A stretch of 64,000 nucleotides of DNA from Amphiscolops sp. MND2022 (GCA_964187785.1 OZ076418.1:31744001-31808000), one strand, 5' to 3'. Counted from the first letter of the stretch, positions 11,501 through 22,087 are shown. A program made the numbers and translations. Notes: generated by a model from the letters alone, not told the origin.

Positions 11501-12591
11501 TCACGTTGACCGCAATTATACCCCCACTCCCACCATCGATGATGTTTGGAAGAATAGAACCAAGTGACACGCGAATAGCAATGGTCCGCTGTATCACCGC
11601 GCGAAGACTATCGCAGCAATATGGTGTAACCTCCCCTCCTGGAGATGTGTATCACCCAACGGCTGGTTGGTGGCTTTTGGTCACCTCTTTGGACGAAACA
11701 TCACTAGTGACTCCAGGAACTTTACTGATTTGCTTGGAAAATTTGCGTACGCTTGTAGATTTCGAGGACACCTTATGCTTCCATCTAGCAGATATTTATC
11801 GTGGGAAATTCCGCAGTCAACATTGGTTACAACTACTAGCTATCATCTTTTGTCGCCAAGCCAAAATACGCCTGTTAGACAAACACACGTATACATTCGA
11901 GAACCCAGTGACCGTGCTGGAAGCACTCTCCGTAGTTCACGATTGGTCTTGCACGAACTTGGGAGACAGACCTTTACGCAGAACAGTGTGGCAAGACCGT
12001 AAGGCCATTTTGGATCATCTCACACCAATTCAAGACAATCAAAACACAGTCACGGGAAAACTATTGATAACGCATCCGAAGATCAAACCGAACTATCTAT
12101 CATGGATTTATTACGAAGAAACTGACATTTTGCAAGCCAGGGGTACCGTAATAATATGCTGTCCGGCAGATCTTCTGTCACATTCAGCAATGGCGCGCTA
12201 CGTCATCAGGGAATATGGCCAGGAAGAAATTTTCCGACTACGCCCAGCCGTAGGAAAAGCTATTCACCTCACCAGATCACCCGCAACGCCGTGGAATAAC
12301 GAAATGTTCCTGCTAATCACCAGAGCCTCTAGTAAACACCCCATATTACATGATGTGCTACATCTGTGCCTGATAGACCTGGTGCAGAAGCTCACACGAG
12401 CACAAATCATCCGTATCCATCTTCCTATCTATGACCCTGAAAGATCAATCAACATGCTACCAGCTTGGTATTCAACGTTGAAAGATCATTTTATTGATTC
12501 CAATATCGACATAGTCCTCCATGATAGGGTGTATGTATCAATTGCGTTAGTGAAGACACACCATAACCATGTAAAATACAAATTTGACTGA
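5524..12591 (+). CDS. pol: Pol polyprotein, element 1 (second CCHC, protease, RT, RNase H, integrase, long C-terminal extension)
   Basis: CVNCGHVGHVTSDC; protease MIDTGS; RT IDLAWAFWQ and YIDD; RNase H LDTDAS; integrase HDESGH...CLTC, QFDH, SDN, VERQN, WRGPH. Confidence 0.96.
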   Translation: MNDDLMPATLPEQGTSAFCVNCGHVGHVTSDCMTPHNVATKEQVKAAWYAPAANSTDFCDSEDQIRVISTSEDGGPSRPVVVTCGEKQILTTLEAPAPDCTETLISIHLLLSAEQKARPNLTLAQLKGELCRNTSLTIASRPLPHFTRNDETKLAQIQRVKTIAPVPVAITVDGVDMRFDAIVVLEGHFPQGLYLGRQELRCYSIGVQDAQGEAQIDERASLVVAFGTPLQKPIPLFGMIDTGSVVSILSFSAYKKIASQHTLSLSPYDVELFAAIGKSITTVGIAEDVNFQLGGYTLKTNFVVIADHIGSEDFLSGRNFLRTYNVLVDLTAMKVTIRDPKTPRIFKATHEVSEHEPSFVVSTEDVILGPFERKIVRAKIITQQPDIFLFRNVTVQSCSMKSISVFVSEDTLTSVGEGGIVFLAIRNQTDKEQVKIKAQTVIGKAALTTFVLNSVLMQTEGEASKLSTEYVNQVHRNFDMDTSSEFSSFAQNFLSSTGPSEAGLSDNEKRKRTDPQLLKAIPGPDLSSVLSPWGEEARNKLETILKEYEDLFMKNKSDIGRCKIAKHKIELEPEAIPHREGARRMSPDKAAKANQEVQNLLALGLIQPSYSPWASGIVMVKKKSGELRFCCDFRPLNDVTVKDAFPLPRIDENLSRIGNAKIFTSIDLAWAFWQIPLKKRDRRKTAFACELGLFEWRRMPFGLCNASATFQRSITRALQKIQQRHGSVVMAYIDDIVIATETIEDHLERIREVFVCLREAGFKMRAEKCDFMRTETKYLGRVVSAEGIKPDPAAVSKIQEWMPPRNREELQSFLGFANYYRDFIPFHAAKVQPMQELLKKNQHFYWKERHQEAFDAVKQALVDATALAAPNEEGRFVLDTDASAVAIAGILHQEQHNNGKTILRPIVYGSKSLTKTQMKYGAPKLEMYAVFYFIEKFHSYLAGREFTLRVDNQALSWLKTYSMDQAMIGRWIARLDQYHFKTIHRPRTQNRNVDGLSKRTNDYVHREKIVETLPEVSKGFSFMPQKDYEELPTVPYIDEHGKFIPNHPELPPDARAQLPVLYILKKPPKEDLTSDPSLSSIPWYPQVQWETTPTLAEDDRPNCILSVTTKVPAARLDTTQRDPALRRLPTQCQEQADVLRLVGTELHEHQSTMRGLKDLHLAQNRDIHLLALKKLMKNEPLEDTLFPEDVQDFAKRYFHQKKDLLFLNQNDILCVNYIPQQRAMHIRPCMIVMPQLYQHEILYRAHDESGHQGVGKVLARIQERHTWPGIKRDVVNHIKHCLTCQQTKHPAGNPCYPLQSINSSNFNDLVQFDHLKLCKTTSGNNGLLVVIDHFTKFAEAIPCAHDEYDAQTTAKIILNKWFARHGTPARMQSDNATNFTAEIAQELMKASQVSKITSTPAHPRGNGLVERQNRTLLTLLRVYTSRRLLDWDEHIDGVLGAYNSTRHATTGFSPYMLQHGAEKSIPLSFIYPEFAAREFESKEEFVEHLLARQQEILELVRRNTHQAQIRQKQKFDKHLTAKAHAVGDAVWVFCHIIPKGGTRKLLRAWRGPHKVTDVLQDGRLYVLDTGEKVHFERLKKHVPALWDWAAHQPFGLDQNVAIIADPYVEESNEEITSDISRDSFLPEQLPEASFEMEPTPPVPPSTIQTRTQSALERGIPRRRFSHFGYPSESESDQEQMGQPIEEPQQPMIYPDIDDLEPLYSDQEEVRPEPTPSLIPSPSGTSTPLLSNPALTDTLSNFPLFSSRAGSSAGLQTIEEPEPQERTDREIPEPGHSMETSPSSGRTASRRGRPRGRPPNRRRGSANSSSRTLASTHRPYTRSRGSLRTRAQSQTLERAMTLPNIAESLSSEQPEAEQITTSRAPPYLLRRNRTPRYRCGTCGSRNCSCVNLISGKPPDKRLARGVDAPAPDTAVTETTEDHMQHIRNIQAKDQEVPQVHHVVITVEKTYSSIGPAVVPPLETTLKAMQETSPSDCSTYRFREWTWHEKSGLEFTLTAIIPPLPPSMMFGRIEPSDTRIAMVRCITARRLSQQYGVTSPPGDVYHPTAGWWLLVTSLDETSLVTPGTLLICLENLRTLVDFEDTLCFHLADIYRGKFRSQHWLQLLAIIFCRQAKIRLLDKHTYTFENPVTVLEALSVVHDWSCTNLGDRPLRRTVWQDRKAILDHLTPIQDNQNTVTGKLLITHPKIKPNYLSWIYYEETDILQARGTVIICCPADLLSHSAMARYVIREYGQEEIFRLRPAVGKAIHLTRSPATPWNNEMFLLITRASSKHPILHDVLHLCLIDLVQKLTRAQIIRIHLPIYDPERSINMLPAWYSTLKDHFIDSNIDIVLHDRVYVSIALVKTHHNHVKYKFD
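11560..12535 (+). other. Two tandem macrodomain-like folds (TARG1/OARD1 type) at the Pol C-terminus
   Basis: Domain 2 TDILQARGTVIICCPAD..AMARYVIREYG..EMFLLITR..LCLIDLVQKL..IHLP..DIVLH follows the TARG1 pattern (GDLF..LAHCISED..IAVLFKKKFG..YYLITK..SLEAMK..LSMP..KITVY); domain 1 is a weaker second copy; both conserved in element 2. Confidence 0.68.
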
Positions 12592-12898
12592 ATCACTGTG
12601 GCAAAAAAAATATGGGAGGCCACTCGTCCTGTTCTTAGCATATGTGTTGTTTGAGTCAATCCCTGAACTAGGTTTTAACGTGAATTGTCGAATCTGTTTT
12701 ATCTTATTGTCCTTTAATGTTTATCATATCAATTGCATTCATCAGCAATAGTATTTTAGCTCAAATTGACGTCTGTTGTTTTCTCTTTTCTAGTTCAGTC
12801 CTGTCAATTCCCATGCACTTGACGCAGCCAGTCGTATATCATCATATTTGCAGTATATCCACCATAGTCATTTATCCAAGGAGCTACCCATCTCTTTA

Positions 12899-15800
12899 AT
12901 GGACCAATCGGCTAGAACCCGCATGCCAACTCCATCAACAACAAGCTCGCAACCGAGCACCAGCAGAATGGACCAATCACAACCGCCAACGATTGCCACG
13001 CAAGAAACTCTCGTGTCCTCGCTGCCTGTCGAAGAATCTCAAACCAGAATTGACCAGCTTGGTCTGGTCCAATCGACCCTACAAGAGGCCCCTTCTCCAT
13101 CACTGGTGACCGGGATTGCCATACTAATTGCTCAAATGCAGTCTCTCGAAATACACCCGGACTTTACCCTCTCCATATCAATTGGAATTGGATCTTACCG
13201 CAGAACTGCGGAATTCCACAATGGCGCGTGGCAAGGTCATGATCTCACCCACCATTTTGATGACCACAGATCGCACCTGAGATATGGCGAGCCTAATAGG
13301 CCTCCCATGGAGCAGCAACGACGTTTTCAAACGAACCTGACGCAAGCACCTGCAATATCGTCGATAATTGCCCCTGAGAGCGCCCGCGACTGTCAATCAA
13401 CGCAACCACCACCTACACAGCAATTCACATGCCTTTTGCCAACAGTACCTCCGCCGATATTGACACTCCCACCATCATCCGCCCCAATTAGTGTCAGGCG
13501 CCTGGAAGAGAACAACAAACTCATGCTCCCTTCTTCTTTCAGGGGGGAAGGGGTAGAAGAAGCGCACACGAGCGCGCAGAACGCTGAAAATGCCACCCAA
13601 GATACAAACCAAAGACCGAGAACCATAATGATGCGGAACCCGCTCGACGTGCCCATCATGACAGATATGATCGGATTCCAAGACTCTTACGATGCCTTGC
13701 TACCTTCAACGTCGCAGGACCCACATCACCTAATAGGTTTTCAGGCCGACCCAGAACGCCAAGAACAACAGAAAAAGCAAGAACTAGCAGAAAGGCAAGC
13801 AGCCAAGGCCCCTATCGATCTCCGCGACGTATTGAATCGAAAGGAACAAAGCAAGATCGAACAGATAGTTCAAAAGAAAAGGGCCAGAGGCTTAGCCAAT
13901 TCGGATGCAACGAACTCCAGCCCGAATCCTTCCCCAGTGCAACAGCCGGAGCATAGGCGAGTGCGATTCTCTAATGAGCTCGTATCGCAGACAGAGGCAC
14001 GACAGCTTGACATTGCTGCCAGAGACGCGGTGCGTCTGCAGCGAGAAGCGAAATCAGAGAACCCAGACTCAGGATTGGATGTACAGAAATTCGAAACAGC
14101 TACCAGCAAAGGAAACCCAGAGGATGTGGAGAACTTCGAAAAAGCAACGATCGGAGTGCATTACTTGAGGCCCGTAAAGAAGCCAAAACTCCTTCTGGAC
14201 CGCATTCCTCCCTGGTTCGAGAGAGTAAGGGAGAATCTTCATAAAGACAAGTCATCATTGGTGAGGCCACTCCCGTCCAAAGTAAAATTAGCCATACAAC
14301 GACCAGCGAGATACGATGACCAACTGATGAGAAGCCGTGATTTCATGAGGGACGTAACAACCTCGCTCCCCATGGGCAAAGAGATGCTGCAAAAGACAAA
14401 GATTGCCTTGTTCATGGACTCTACGATGAAAGCAACGGCGAACATGAACAACACCCTCATGGATGTTCGCGTGATGAACTTGCCCTGCACATCGCTAGAG
14501 GAAATGGCCGAGGTGACCTGCAAGGTCTTCGGTCCCACCGCCAACCACACAGAGACAATTCCATTCCCCCCAATCCTGATATATAGCAATATGATAGACC
14601 ACTTGGCTCTTCGGGGAACGCAGAAATACTTTGAAGGGGGCAACCGTAGACTGACGGAAGAAGTAATGACAGGAGAGGTAGTTGCGTACGTCGAAGCAAT
14701 GAAGAATGTGATCAGGCGGGTGCAGCGAATGAAGCCCGTCGTAGGGGTAGTCTTTGTATCGCCCCCGGGATACGTATACTTACCTAAATCACTCCAGCAA
14801 CTGTTGTATCTGATATCAGAAGCATCCTACTCACAGAATTTGTCATTCTACATAATGCGTCAACCTGGCGTCCGGGTGAGAACTCTTATTCTGCATTCTT
14901 GGCGGAAATCTCGAAAGCCTTGCAGGCTTGTACCGGATACGAAGGAAACTCTCAGTTATTGGCCGATGATGCTACTGCCTTTGACTTTGGCATGCAAATG
15001 GCGCACCGCACCTTTGATGAGAATGGAGTACGCCGAGTCAAGGAGCCTAATGAAAAGGAACGGGCAAACATGATTGACAACGGATGGTTTGAAAGGAGAG
15101 ATGAGTCAACGCTAGATGAGAGGACGCACAACGCTAAATTCCACAAAGAGCTGCTAGCTCTCTTCAAGAAGACAGAAGGAATAAAACAAACTCGGACCGA
15201 CGCGACTGTTTTTCCAGTGGCGATACAAGCGATCGACGCAAAGCCCAACATGGTTTCCCCCACCCTGGTATTGTTAACAGTATTAGCTCAGAAGACAGTG
15301 CAAGAAAACCAAATGAACCCAGAGCATTCTTACCAATCTTGGCATGAGACGCTGCAGGTCACCTTGAATGAAACAGCACAAAGTCATGGAATTCCCTTCC
15401 CCATATTCTTGTATAATATCTCGTCATTTTGGGTACCAACGATGGTGCAGCGTGAAAGCAGCTTAGATGAGCAACAAGTCAGACTGTATGTAGAAGCAAT
15501 GCAGAGGGCCACAATTGCTGAGATCCTGGCCTACTTGATGGCCGTTGGTCTAGGCGCCGTCTACAAGGGCCCAGTGCATCTGGTGCAGAGATTGGTCCTA
15601 GCTAAAGCCAACTCCTGTCTACTCAGTTTTCTCATATTCACCAAGAACCAGCGGAATTGGATTAACGCCATTCTAAACACCCTGGACCCCGCTGGCGCTT
15701 TGAAGTTGCGCGCCCAGCTCGCCGAGAATATCGAAACACTATTGGCTTGGGTTTACTCAGCCTGGGTCAATGTCTCTGGCGTGATGAGCACTTTAGACGA

Positions 15801-17104
15801 CTCGCTGAGTCAAAGACCCAATAGCAATAACCTGCCAGGTTTCTTATTCCCCTCGCAGATAGCCAGCCTCATGTTGGTAGAAACTGAAGATCTAGTCCCC
15901 ATGATCGCACCCATAGTGTGGCCTATATTCGGTTCAATGATGGCCCTGAGATACCCCACACAGCCGCTTAGAGTTGCCGCAAGAGCACCTACATTATCTA
16001 TTCTACATTTTGTGGACCCTGAAGACGACGCCAGACAACCGGATTTTCGCCAACTTCCGACCACCAATGGCATACACGATTATTAAAGACAAGAAACAGG
16101 TCGAGTACAATTTCAGTGCCCTGATCCGAGCCAGAGCGCGGTGTGCTGTCCCTATGTCGCTAGAACTTCATCCAGTAGAATGGTTGCACGCTCCTGTAGA
16201 ACCCAGCACTGGAGCATTGCAAGGTTTTACCAGCTGGGATGAGCCAGGTATTCTCCGAGTACTAACCAACGCAGAACGACGCCTGGGTGGACGAAGAAAA
16301 GGCTCCACACCAGAAAGACTCCAGCATCGAATAATACAAGATGTATCCCGAATGTACAACCCTCGAGCGACACCGCAAGCTGATACAGCCAAAATCCTGT
16401 CTGACACTACGTATTGGGCAGACCCGCCAATAGTGGACAGAATGATCTACCAAGGGTTTCAAATTCTGAGGGCGACAGTTCCGAAAATTGCAAGAGAACC
16501 CAATAGATAGACCTTGCCTCTGATTGAAGAGATGCCGAGCAATCCACAAATGGCCATGGAAATCTTCTTGAGTCTGATAACCAAGCAGAGGGACGAAGGA
16601 AATACCGTATATGACAGTTATTTAAATGCAATTGGGACTTTCAAAGAAATATTTTTCCGATATGGACGCCAAGACCTCGCAGACCAGCTGCCAGAACTAA
16701 GCCCAGCGGGCTCGACCTCAACGAGACAGGCAGCAGGGCACGAGGAAGTTTCTACTGCTAAAAATACATCAACTTCCATGGTGTCAACCTCAAATCTAAT
16801 CAGCATTGCAATAGCTGCAGCACCAACCAACACCGATGTATCCATCCATAACCCTGAAACAGGTAACCCAACTACAGTCAACACCACCAATGCTACTTCC
16901 AATGATCAGACAGTACCGTTAGAAGCTTTGGAAGTCACGCCCACGTCGTTGACGAGAACACTAGCAGCCGATATCGAATTAGAATTGAACGAACTACCTA
17001 GCTTGAGTCAGCAAAACCTGCCGCCATCAGAAGTATTGACCGTATCATTAAATGAAGTGCTGCAAGATGACGATACTACCATGGATGACACTGGCCATGA
17101 ATGA
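12899..17104 (+). pseudogene. ORF3 of element 1 (~1400 aa reconstructed): accessory protein with central SGNH/GDSL-hydrolase-like domain
   Basis: ORFs 12848-15073, 14899-16086, 15974-16510 and 16514-17104 join by two frameshifts (~14855, ~16035) and one in-frame TAG (16508-16510); blocks are homologous to element 2 ORF3. Confidence 0.75.
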
Positions 17105-17560
17105 AACAAGTACTGAACTCGGCTAATCAAACCAAACTAACCAAAAACGTATTACGCCTCAGCAGTTATCAAAACAATAAGTGCTATTTTAGTTAACAAA
17201 GTATTAACATCATTTGGATTATTTTGCTAATGTAACTACCCGGTGGGTAGGTCCCAGCTTGTTGCCTGCCTAACTGCCAAAACAAGTGCAATTAAAGTTT
17301 TAGTAAAAACTTCTCCGCTTCCCTGGCTAAGTGTCGCAAAAGTGCAACCACCCTTAAAAAAACTTTTAAACTAGCCTGGAACGAATGGTAAGAGTTTTTA
17401 AAGAAACTGAATTTTATCGTCCCAGAATGCTAAAATGAAAAGTGCTAAATCGAAATTTTGAAGTAGTAAGATCTAAGAGGAAAACTGAAAATCACGTTGC
17501 TAAAACCATTTGTAAGTAGTGATGCATCCTTCTCCGTTTGCCGAGGACGACAAACAGTGG

Positions 17561-17571
17561 CCCGGGGAGGA
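17561..17571 (+). other. Polypurine tract, element 1
   Basis: CCCGGGGAGGA directly before TGTAACG; element 2 has CCCGGGGAGTGT at the same position. Confidence 0.75.
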
Positions 17572-18280
17572 TGTAACGTTCACCAGTCATCACCAAATTT
17601 TCGATGAAAAATTCGATCAAGGACCAGAAAGTGTGCGAATCAAAATGGCCGACCTGGCAGGTCGTTGAAATCAAAAAGAAGCAAAAAAAACGACACCCCA
17701 CACCGACCCAAAAAAGAAGAAAAGACGCTGATACGACGAGGAAGAACAAGAAAAATGCTCGGATTTGTGTCATCTCCCCAGAAAAGTGCGTTTTTAATAC
17801 AAAAACGTTCTGAGATCCAGATATCCCACAGCGAAGAAGATGAAGAAAATCGCGAATTCAATAGAAACATACCAGAAGTGCCAATCTTATTTAATTCTGA
17901 TGTCATTAGTATTGATTTGCAGATTTATGATGATGTCAGATCTGCCAGATCCTTGTGATGGAGTATTTAAACGTTATTTTCTGAAATAGAATGCATTTCG
18001 GCTAGAACCCTGTTTTCGGACCTCGGGAGTATGTAGGACCGCAGGAAGTCTTTAGGAACGTTTTTACATGCTTGTGGGACGTGTCCGGACTTTGAGTGTG
18101 CCGGCACGTCGCCACGGAGCTCTAATAAGAGGAGTCTCCACGGTGTTTTGGAAAAGTCCCTAGGAGACCTTTAGGGACGAAAAACTGGTATTTAGGCTTG
18201 TTATAGGACTATGGTCTCCTGTCTAGGCAACCTAAGTATTGTCCCAGTTCTGGTATGTGCGTTACTTGCTTGACGTTACA
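17572..18280 (+). repeat. 3' LTR of element 1 (709 bp)
   Basis: Starts TGTAACGT and ends ACGTTACA (8-bp terminal inverted repeat); preceded by PPT. Confidence 0.85.
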
Positions 18281-18917
18281 CGGCCAGGAAAAATTAGGAC
18301 TATGGATTCACGTATTGGTACCAAACCGTCATGAACACTTACGAAACAGGAAGCTACCTCAAAACCTGGAAATTATAGCTGGCAAAATGAGTCATAGATT
18401 GAAGCGGTAAATAGAATCTTGACGTCGGTGGATATACAATTCAAAATAACCTCAATAACGCGATGAAACATACTCAGAATACTCCTCAAATACAAGTAGC
18501 AACTTGTATCAGAGAGGCTTGCTCAAGCAGGGGAATAACGGGTACGACAGAGAGACCGGACCTTCCGAAGGAAGTTTACATTCAAAATCAAGTTCTTGCT
18601 CTAACTTGAACAGCGACTCAAATCAATCCCACTAAGAAATCGTCTTAAAGCAAAAAATCATTAGAATAAAACTTTCCAGAAAGAATATCTCAATTTCCCG
18701 AAACGAAGAGAATGACCAACTTTTTTGACTGGGACGTGCTTTGTTCCGAAGCTAAGGTACCCATGATTGACTTTTAGCGTCCTTATTTCATGAGACTGAT
18801 TCATTATTAGCTCCCTGTAGGCAGGAAATCGATGCCTCAAAAAGGTCAACTACCGTTTTTGTCTTCAAGCTTCCATTTCTCTAACGTTAGGTTTTTGAAA
18901 GATTCCTGGAGATCTAA

Positions 18918-19009
18918 TGTAACGTCCAACAAGGTACGTACATACCAGAGGTTGGTTGGATAATTCCTATATTGCCTTGACAGGAGATCATAAATTTACT
19001 ACAAGCCTA
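18918..19009 (-). mobile_element. Inverted solo LTR of the element-1 family, left piece (its 3' end)
   Basis: TGTAACGTCCAACAAGGTACGTACATACCAGA...GACAGGAGATCAT...ACAAGCCTA aligns to the reverse complement of 18190-18280. Confidence 0.75.
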
Positions 19010-19727
19010 TGTAACGGTAAATTCTGGTACCAAACAAAATTCGATCAAATTGCAAAATTTCGTTCAAATCTGACGTGGCAGGCTGAGCATGTTTCAATCG
19101 AAGCACCTGCCCAGAATAACAGCAAAGGAGACAAGGCAAGCCGCCCGCGAAGCCGAACGAGTGAGAACCTGGCTAAAAGACAGCTATCCGCACCGAAATC
19201 CACGGTGTAGAATCCGGAATTGAGAAAAAAACACTACATTTGTATCAAAAACCCGAGGAATATGGTATTGTCCTGAGTTCTCCAGTGGTGTCCTGGGGAT
19301 GTTGCCAGCTCGAGCGCTGGTTACCCATTTGATATTTTTCCATAAACTTGATGTAGTTTGAGTATTTGTGATAAATATTTAGATTTACATGCTCGAGAGC
19401 TGTTGCATAACATCTGTACTGTTAATTCGATTATTGGCCATTTACTGATTCCCACTATGGCAAAATTCAACTCAGTCTTTCAGACCCCTTTTTACAGGCA
19501 AATTAAGCAGTGTTCTTTAGTCTAAGGAAGATACCTGTTATTTTTGGCAATAAAAGACTGGGACCATGCCAGAGAGCGTCCAACAAGACATCCCCCTCCT
19601 TGGGACTAGCAGTGTCCGTTGGAGGTAAAATGGACTAGGACTGTGAAAATCGAAGTCCCGGATAAATTTCATGTTTTTAGTTTCTCCACTTTTTGTTTCA
19701 GCCAACCGCTTACCGCTTTTCGTTACA
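19010..19727 (+). repeat. 5' LTR of element 2 (718 bp)
   Basis: TGTAACG...CGTTACA; homologous to 42745-43462 and 45648-46364 (about 15 differences in the first ~205 bp versus the 42745 copy, counted by eye). Confidence 0.92.
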
Positions 19728-19742
19728 CAAAAACACACTTTT

Positions 19743-19759
19743 TGGCGACCACAGAGGGA
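19743..19759 (+). other. Primer binding site, probably tRNA-Arg(UCG)
   Basis: TGGCGACCACAGAGGGA; the 3' end of animal tRNA-Arg(UCG) predicts TGGCGACCACGAAGGGA. Confidence 0.65.
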
Positions 19760-22087
19760 TCGTCTTGGGAAGCTTTCCCCAGCGATTTTTGAAAGATCTG
19801 GCCACCTGTTGAATAGCGCCAAGCTCGTTTCAACTCTGACGAAGACGTAGAGACCAGAACAGAATTTTACCTGGTTTTTATGTCTTGTGTATTACTGGAA
19901 GCTGAAATGGTGTTGAGCCAGAGAAAAACCGAAAAAATCTCGTTTTCAGTTGTGAAAATGGCCTTTTTTGCAAAAAAATTGTCAAGTTTATGTGGTGTGT
20001 TGTGTAACCATAAGCGGTTATCCTTTTGCAGGTGTAGGTGATCGTAGCAGGTGGGTTTTCGGAGCTATTTTCAGCCGTTTGATACCATGCAAGAGGGTGC
20101 CTGGTGGATGGTTAGCCATGATCCAGTCGGGCGACAGAGGGGTGAAATCGTGTGTTGCAGACTTTTTACTCCCATTTCTCGTGGAGACGTCCTAAAGGTA
20201 TGGTTTTTGATGGACTGCTAGTGCAAGCTTAGGCAATGCTAATGGTCCAAACTGTGTATCTCCATCTGGTCTAGATGTGGAGAAAAAGCGCGGTGAAGGT
20301 ACACCCCTGATAGCCGAAAGTGTCGCTCAGATGGCTTATGATTGGCGAAAATTTATAATTTGAATTTTTTTCGATGGGGATTTGTTGGTGCAGGCCAGTA
20401 CCACTTTTTCAAGATTTTAACGACAACCAATGAAGTGTTTTGGTGCGAAAAAGATAGCACTTCTTTTGAAAAAACCACAGTTTTGGCGTTTTTTGGTGTT
20501 TTTCTTGGTTTTGAGCACTAGTGCTTGCTAAAGCTGAGAGGAACAGGGTGAAAAAGGTTTTAACAGCAGCTACTAACCTCGAGAGAGCTGGTACTACGAA
20601 AGAATAGCGCTAATCTGGCTTTTGTAAAAGAGAAAAGTGCCAAACTTGTACCAAAAAATGTGAAAAAATGGAAAAAAAGGTCAAAAAAGTACCCAGAAAC
20701 ACAAGTGTACACTAGTGTATGTGCATGAAAACTTAGTGTACTATGGTTGCTTGAACGGAACTGGCCTCTAGGGCACTGATCATAAACTTCCTGTGGACTT
20801 AGCAAACCTTAGATTGGTGTTTTTGCCAAAAACTCGTGTTTTTAACTGTTTTCAGGCATCTTAGAATGTATTGTCTGAAACTCTGAGGTGTGAAGCTTGT
20901 TTGAAAGTGGGGGGCCTCTGGACCCTATTTTTCTGTTAATATAGTGAAAATAACGTGTGGTGGTGAAAACCTCATGTATTCTCATTGAGTGCTGGGAAAA
21001 ATGGAAAAACGCACTGAATTTGATCAATTTTCCACAAAACAGGACTGTCATTGAAGACTGACTAAAAAGTGGGTAAATTTTCGTAACTACTACTAGAATA
21101 AAAGCTAGTGCCAAAAATTTGGTGAGCGTAACGGTCACCAAAGTCGCGAAAAGTCAATTGGAGGTTTAGCACAGTGCTACTGAAAATGCAAAACAAAAAA
21201 GTGTCTATTCGTGAGTAATGTCCATACCGGGTCCAAAACTTAAGGGAGCCCGCGTTCTTCAATTTGACCACTTTAGTGGCATTGTGGACATTTACTGGCA
21301 TAGACTATCAAGTTTGGTGGAAATCCGTGCAGTACTTGGCGAGAAAATTGCAAAAACGTGTTGTCATTTTTTTGCAGTTTTTCAGAGTTAAATTGGTACC
21401 TGAGTTGGAGGGTGGGGTCAAATTGCCACTCACCATTGTGTATTAGGTTAGTGACTACGTTTTTGCAGAGAATCTGAGCTCGCTAGCTCTTTCCAGTGGA
21501 TGGCAATCTTGAGAAAGACGTGAAAAACAGTGAATTTTGGTACAAAGTGGGAAAACCCGTCTGTACCTAGGTAAAGTCGTGTGGAAGGGGCGCAGCTCAA
21601 ATCGGTGTTCATTCCTGTAAACCTACATGTGCCTAGGATCTACTGATTAGGTTTGGGCGTGATCCGACGCGAGGTTCTGTTGTCAACGCGAGCCACTTTG
21701 GTGTTGTAACGAAGGTTCCGGAACAATAAAAAGTTGTTGCAAACGTGACCGAGGAAGAAATATCCTGTACCAGGTCAATTGTCCGTCCCAGTGAGCTGGT
21801 AGGAAGGTGCTGGGTAAATATCAGCACTATACGAGCTTTAAAACGCAATTCGGAAATTTGGAGCAATGAAAAGTGCTGTTTTTCTTGAGATTTCACCGAG
21901 ACAACCAAGAGACCCAACCTTTGGAGGGGCTCCTGGGAACCCGTGTAGCGTGTGTAAGTGGCCTTGTTATTGTCCGTGAACTTGTATTAAGTGTTCCGAG
22001 TCTGCATATGCACGTTAGGTGTCTTTGCTTATCTTAGGTTAAAGTCATAAGCGCCTGTGTGTGAGGAATTGAACTTAGGCAACAACC

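Larger units (their letters stand above)
1..18280 (+). mobile_element. Element 1: Ty3/Gypsy LTR retrotransposon (gag, pol, extra ORF3, 3' LTR); 5' LTR and PBS lie upstream of the window
   Basis: Gag capsid and CCHC motifs; pol order PR-RT-RH-IN; purine tract followed by TGTAACG...CGTTACA LTR at 17572-18280; no copy of this LTR seen in 1-2972. Confidence 0.93.

Noticed and set aside
12899-17104. ORF3 as a classical env gene
   Set aside because: No signal peptide, furin site/fusion peptide or C-terminal transmembrane anchor seen
18281-18917. Coding or mobile feature between LTR1 and the solo LTR
   Set aside because: No recognisable ORF, motif or repeat
19743-19760. tRNA gene
   Set aside because: Only 17 nt complementary to a tRNA 3' end; no cloverleaf
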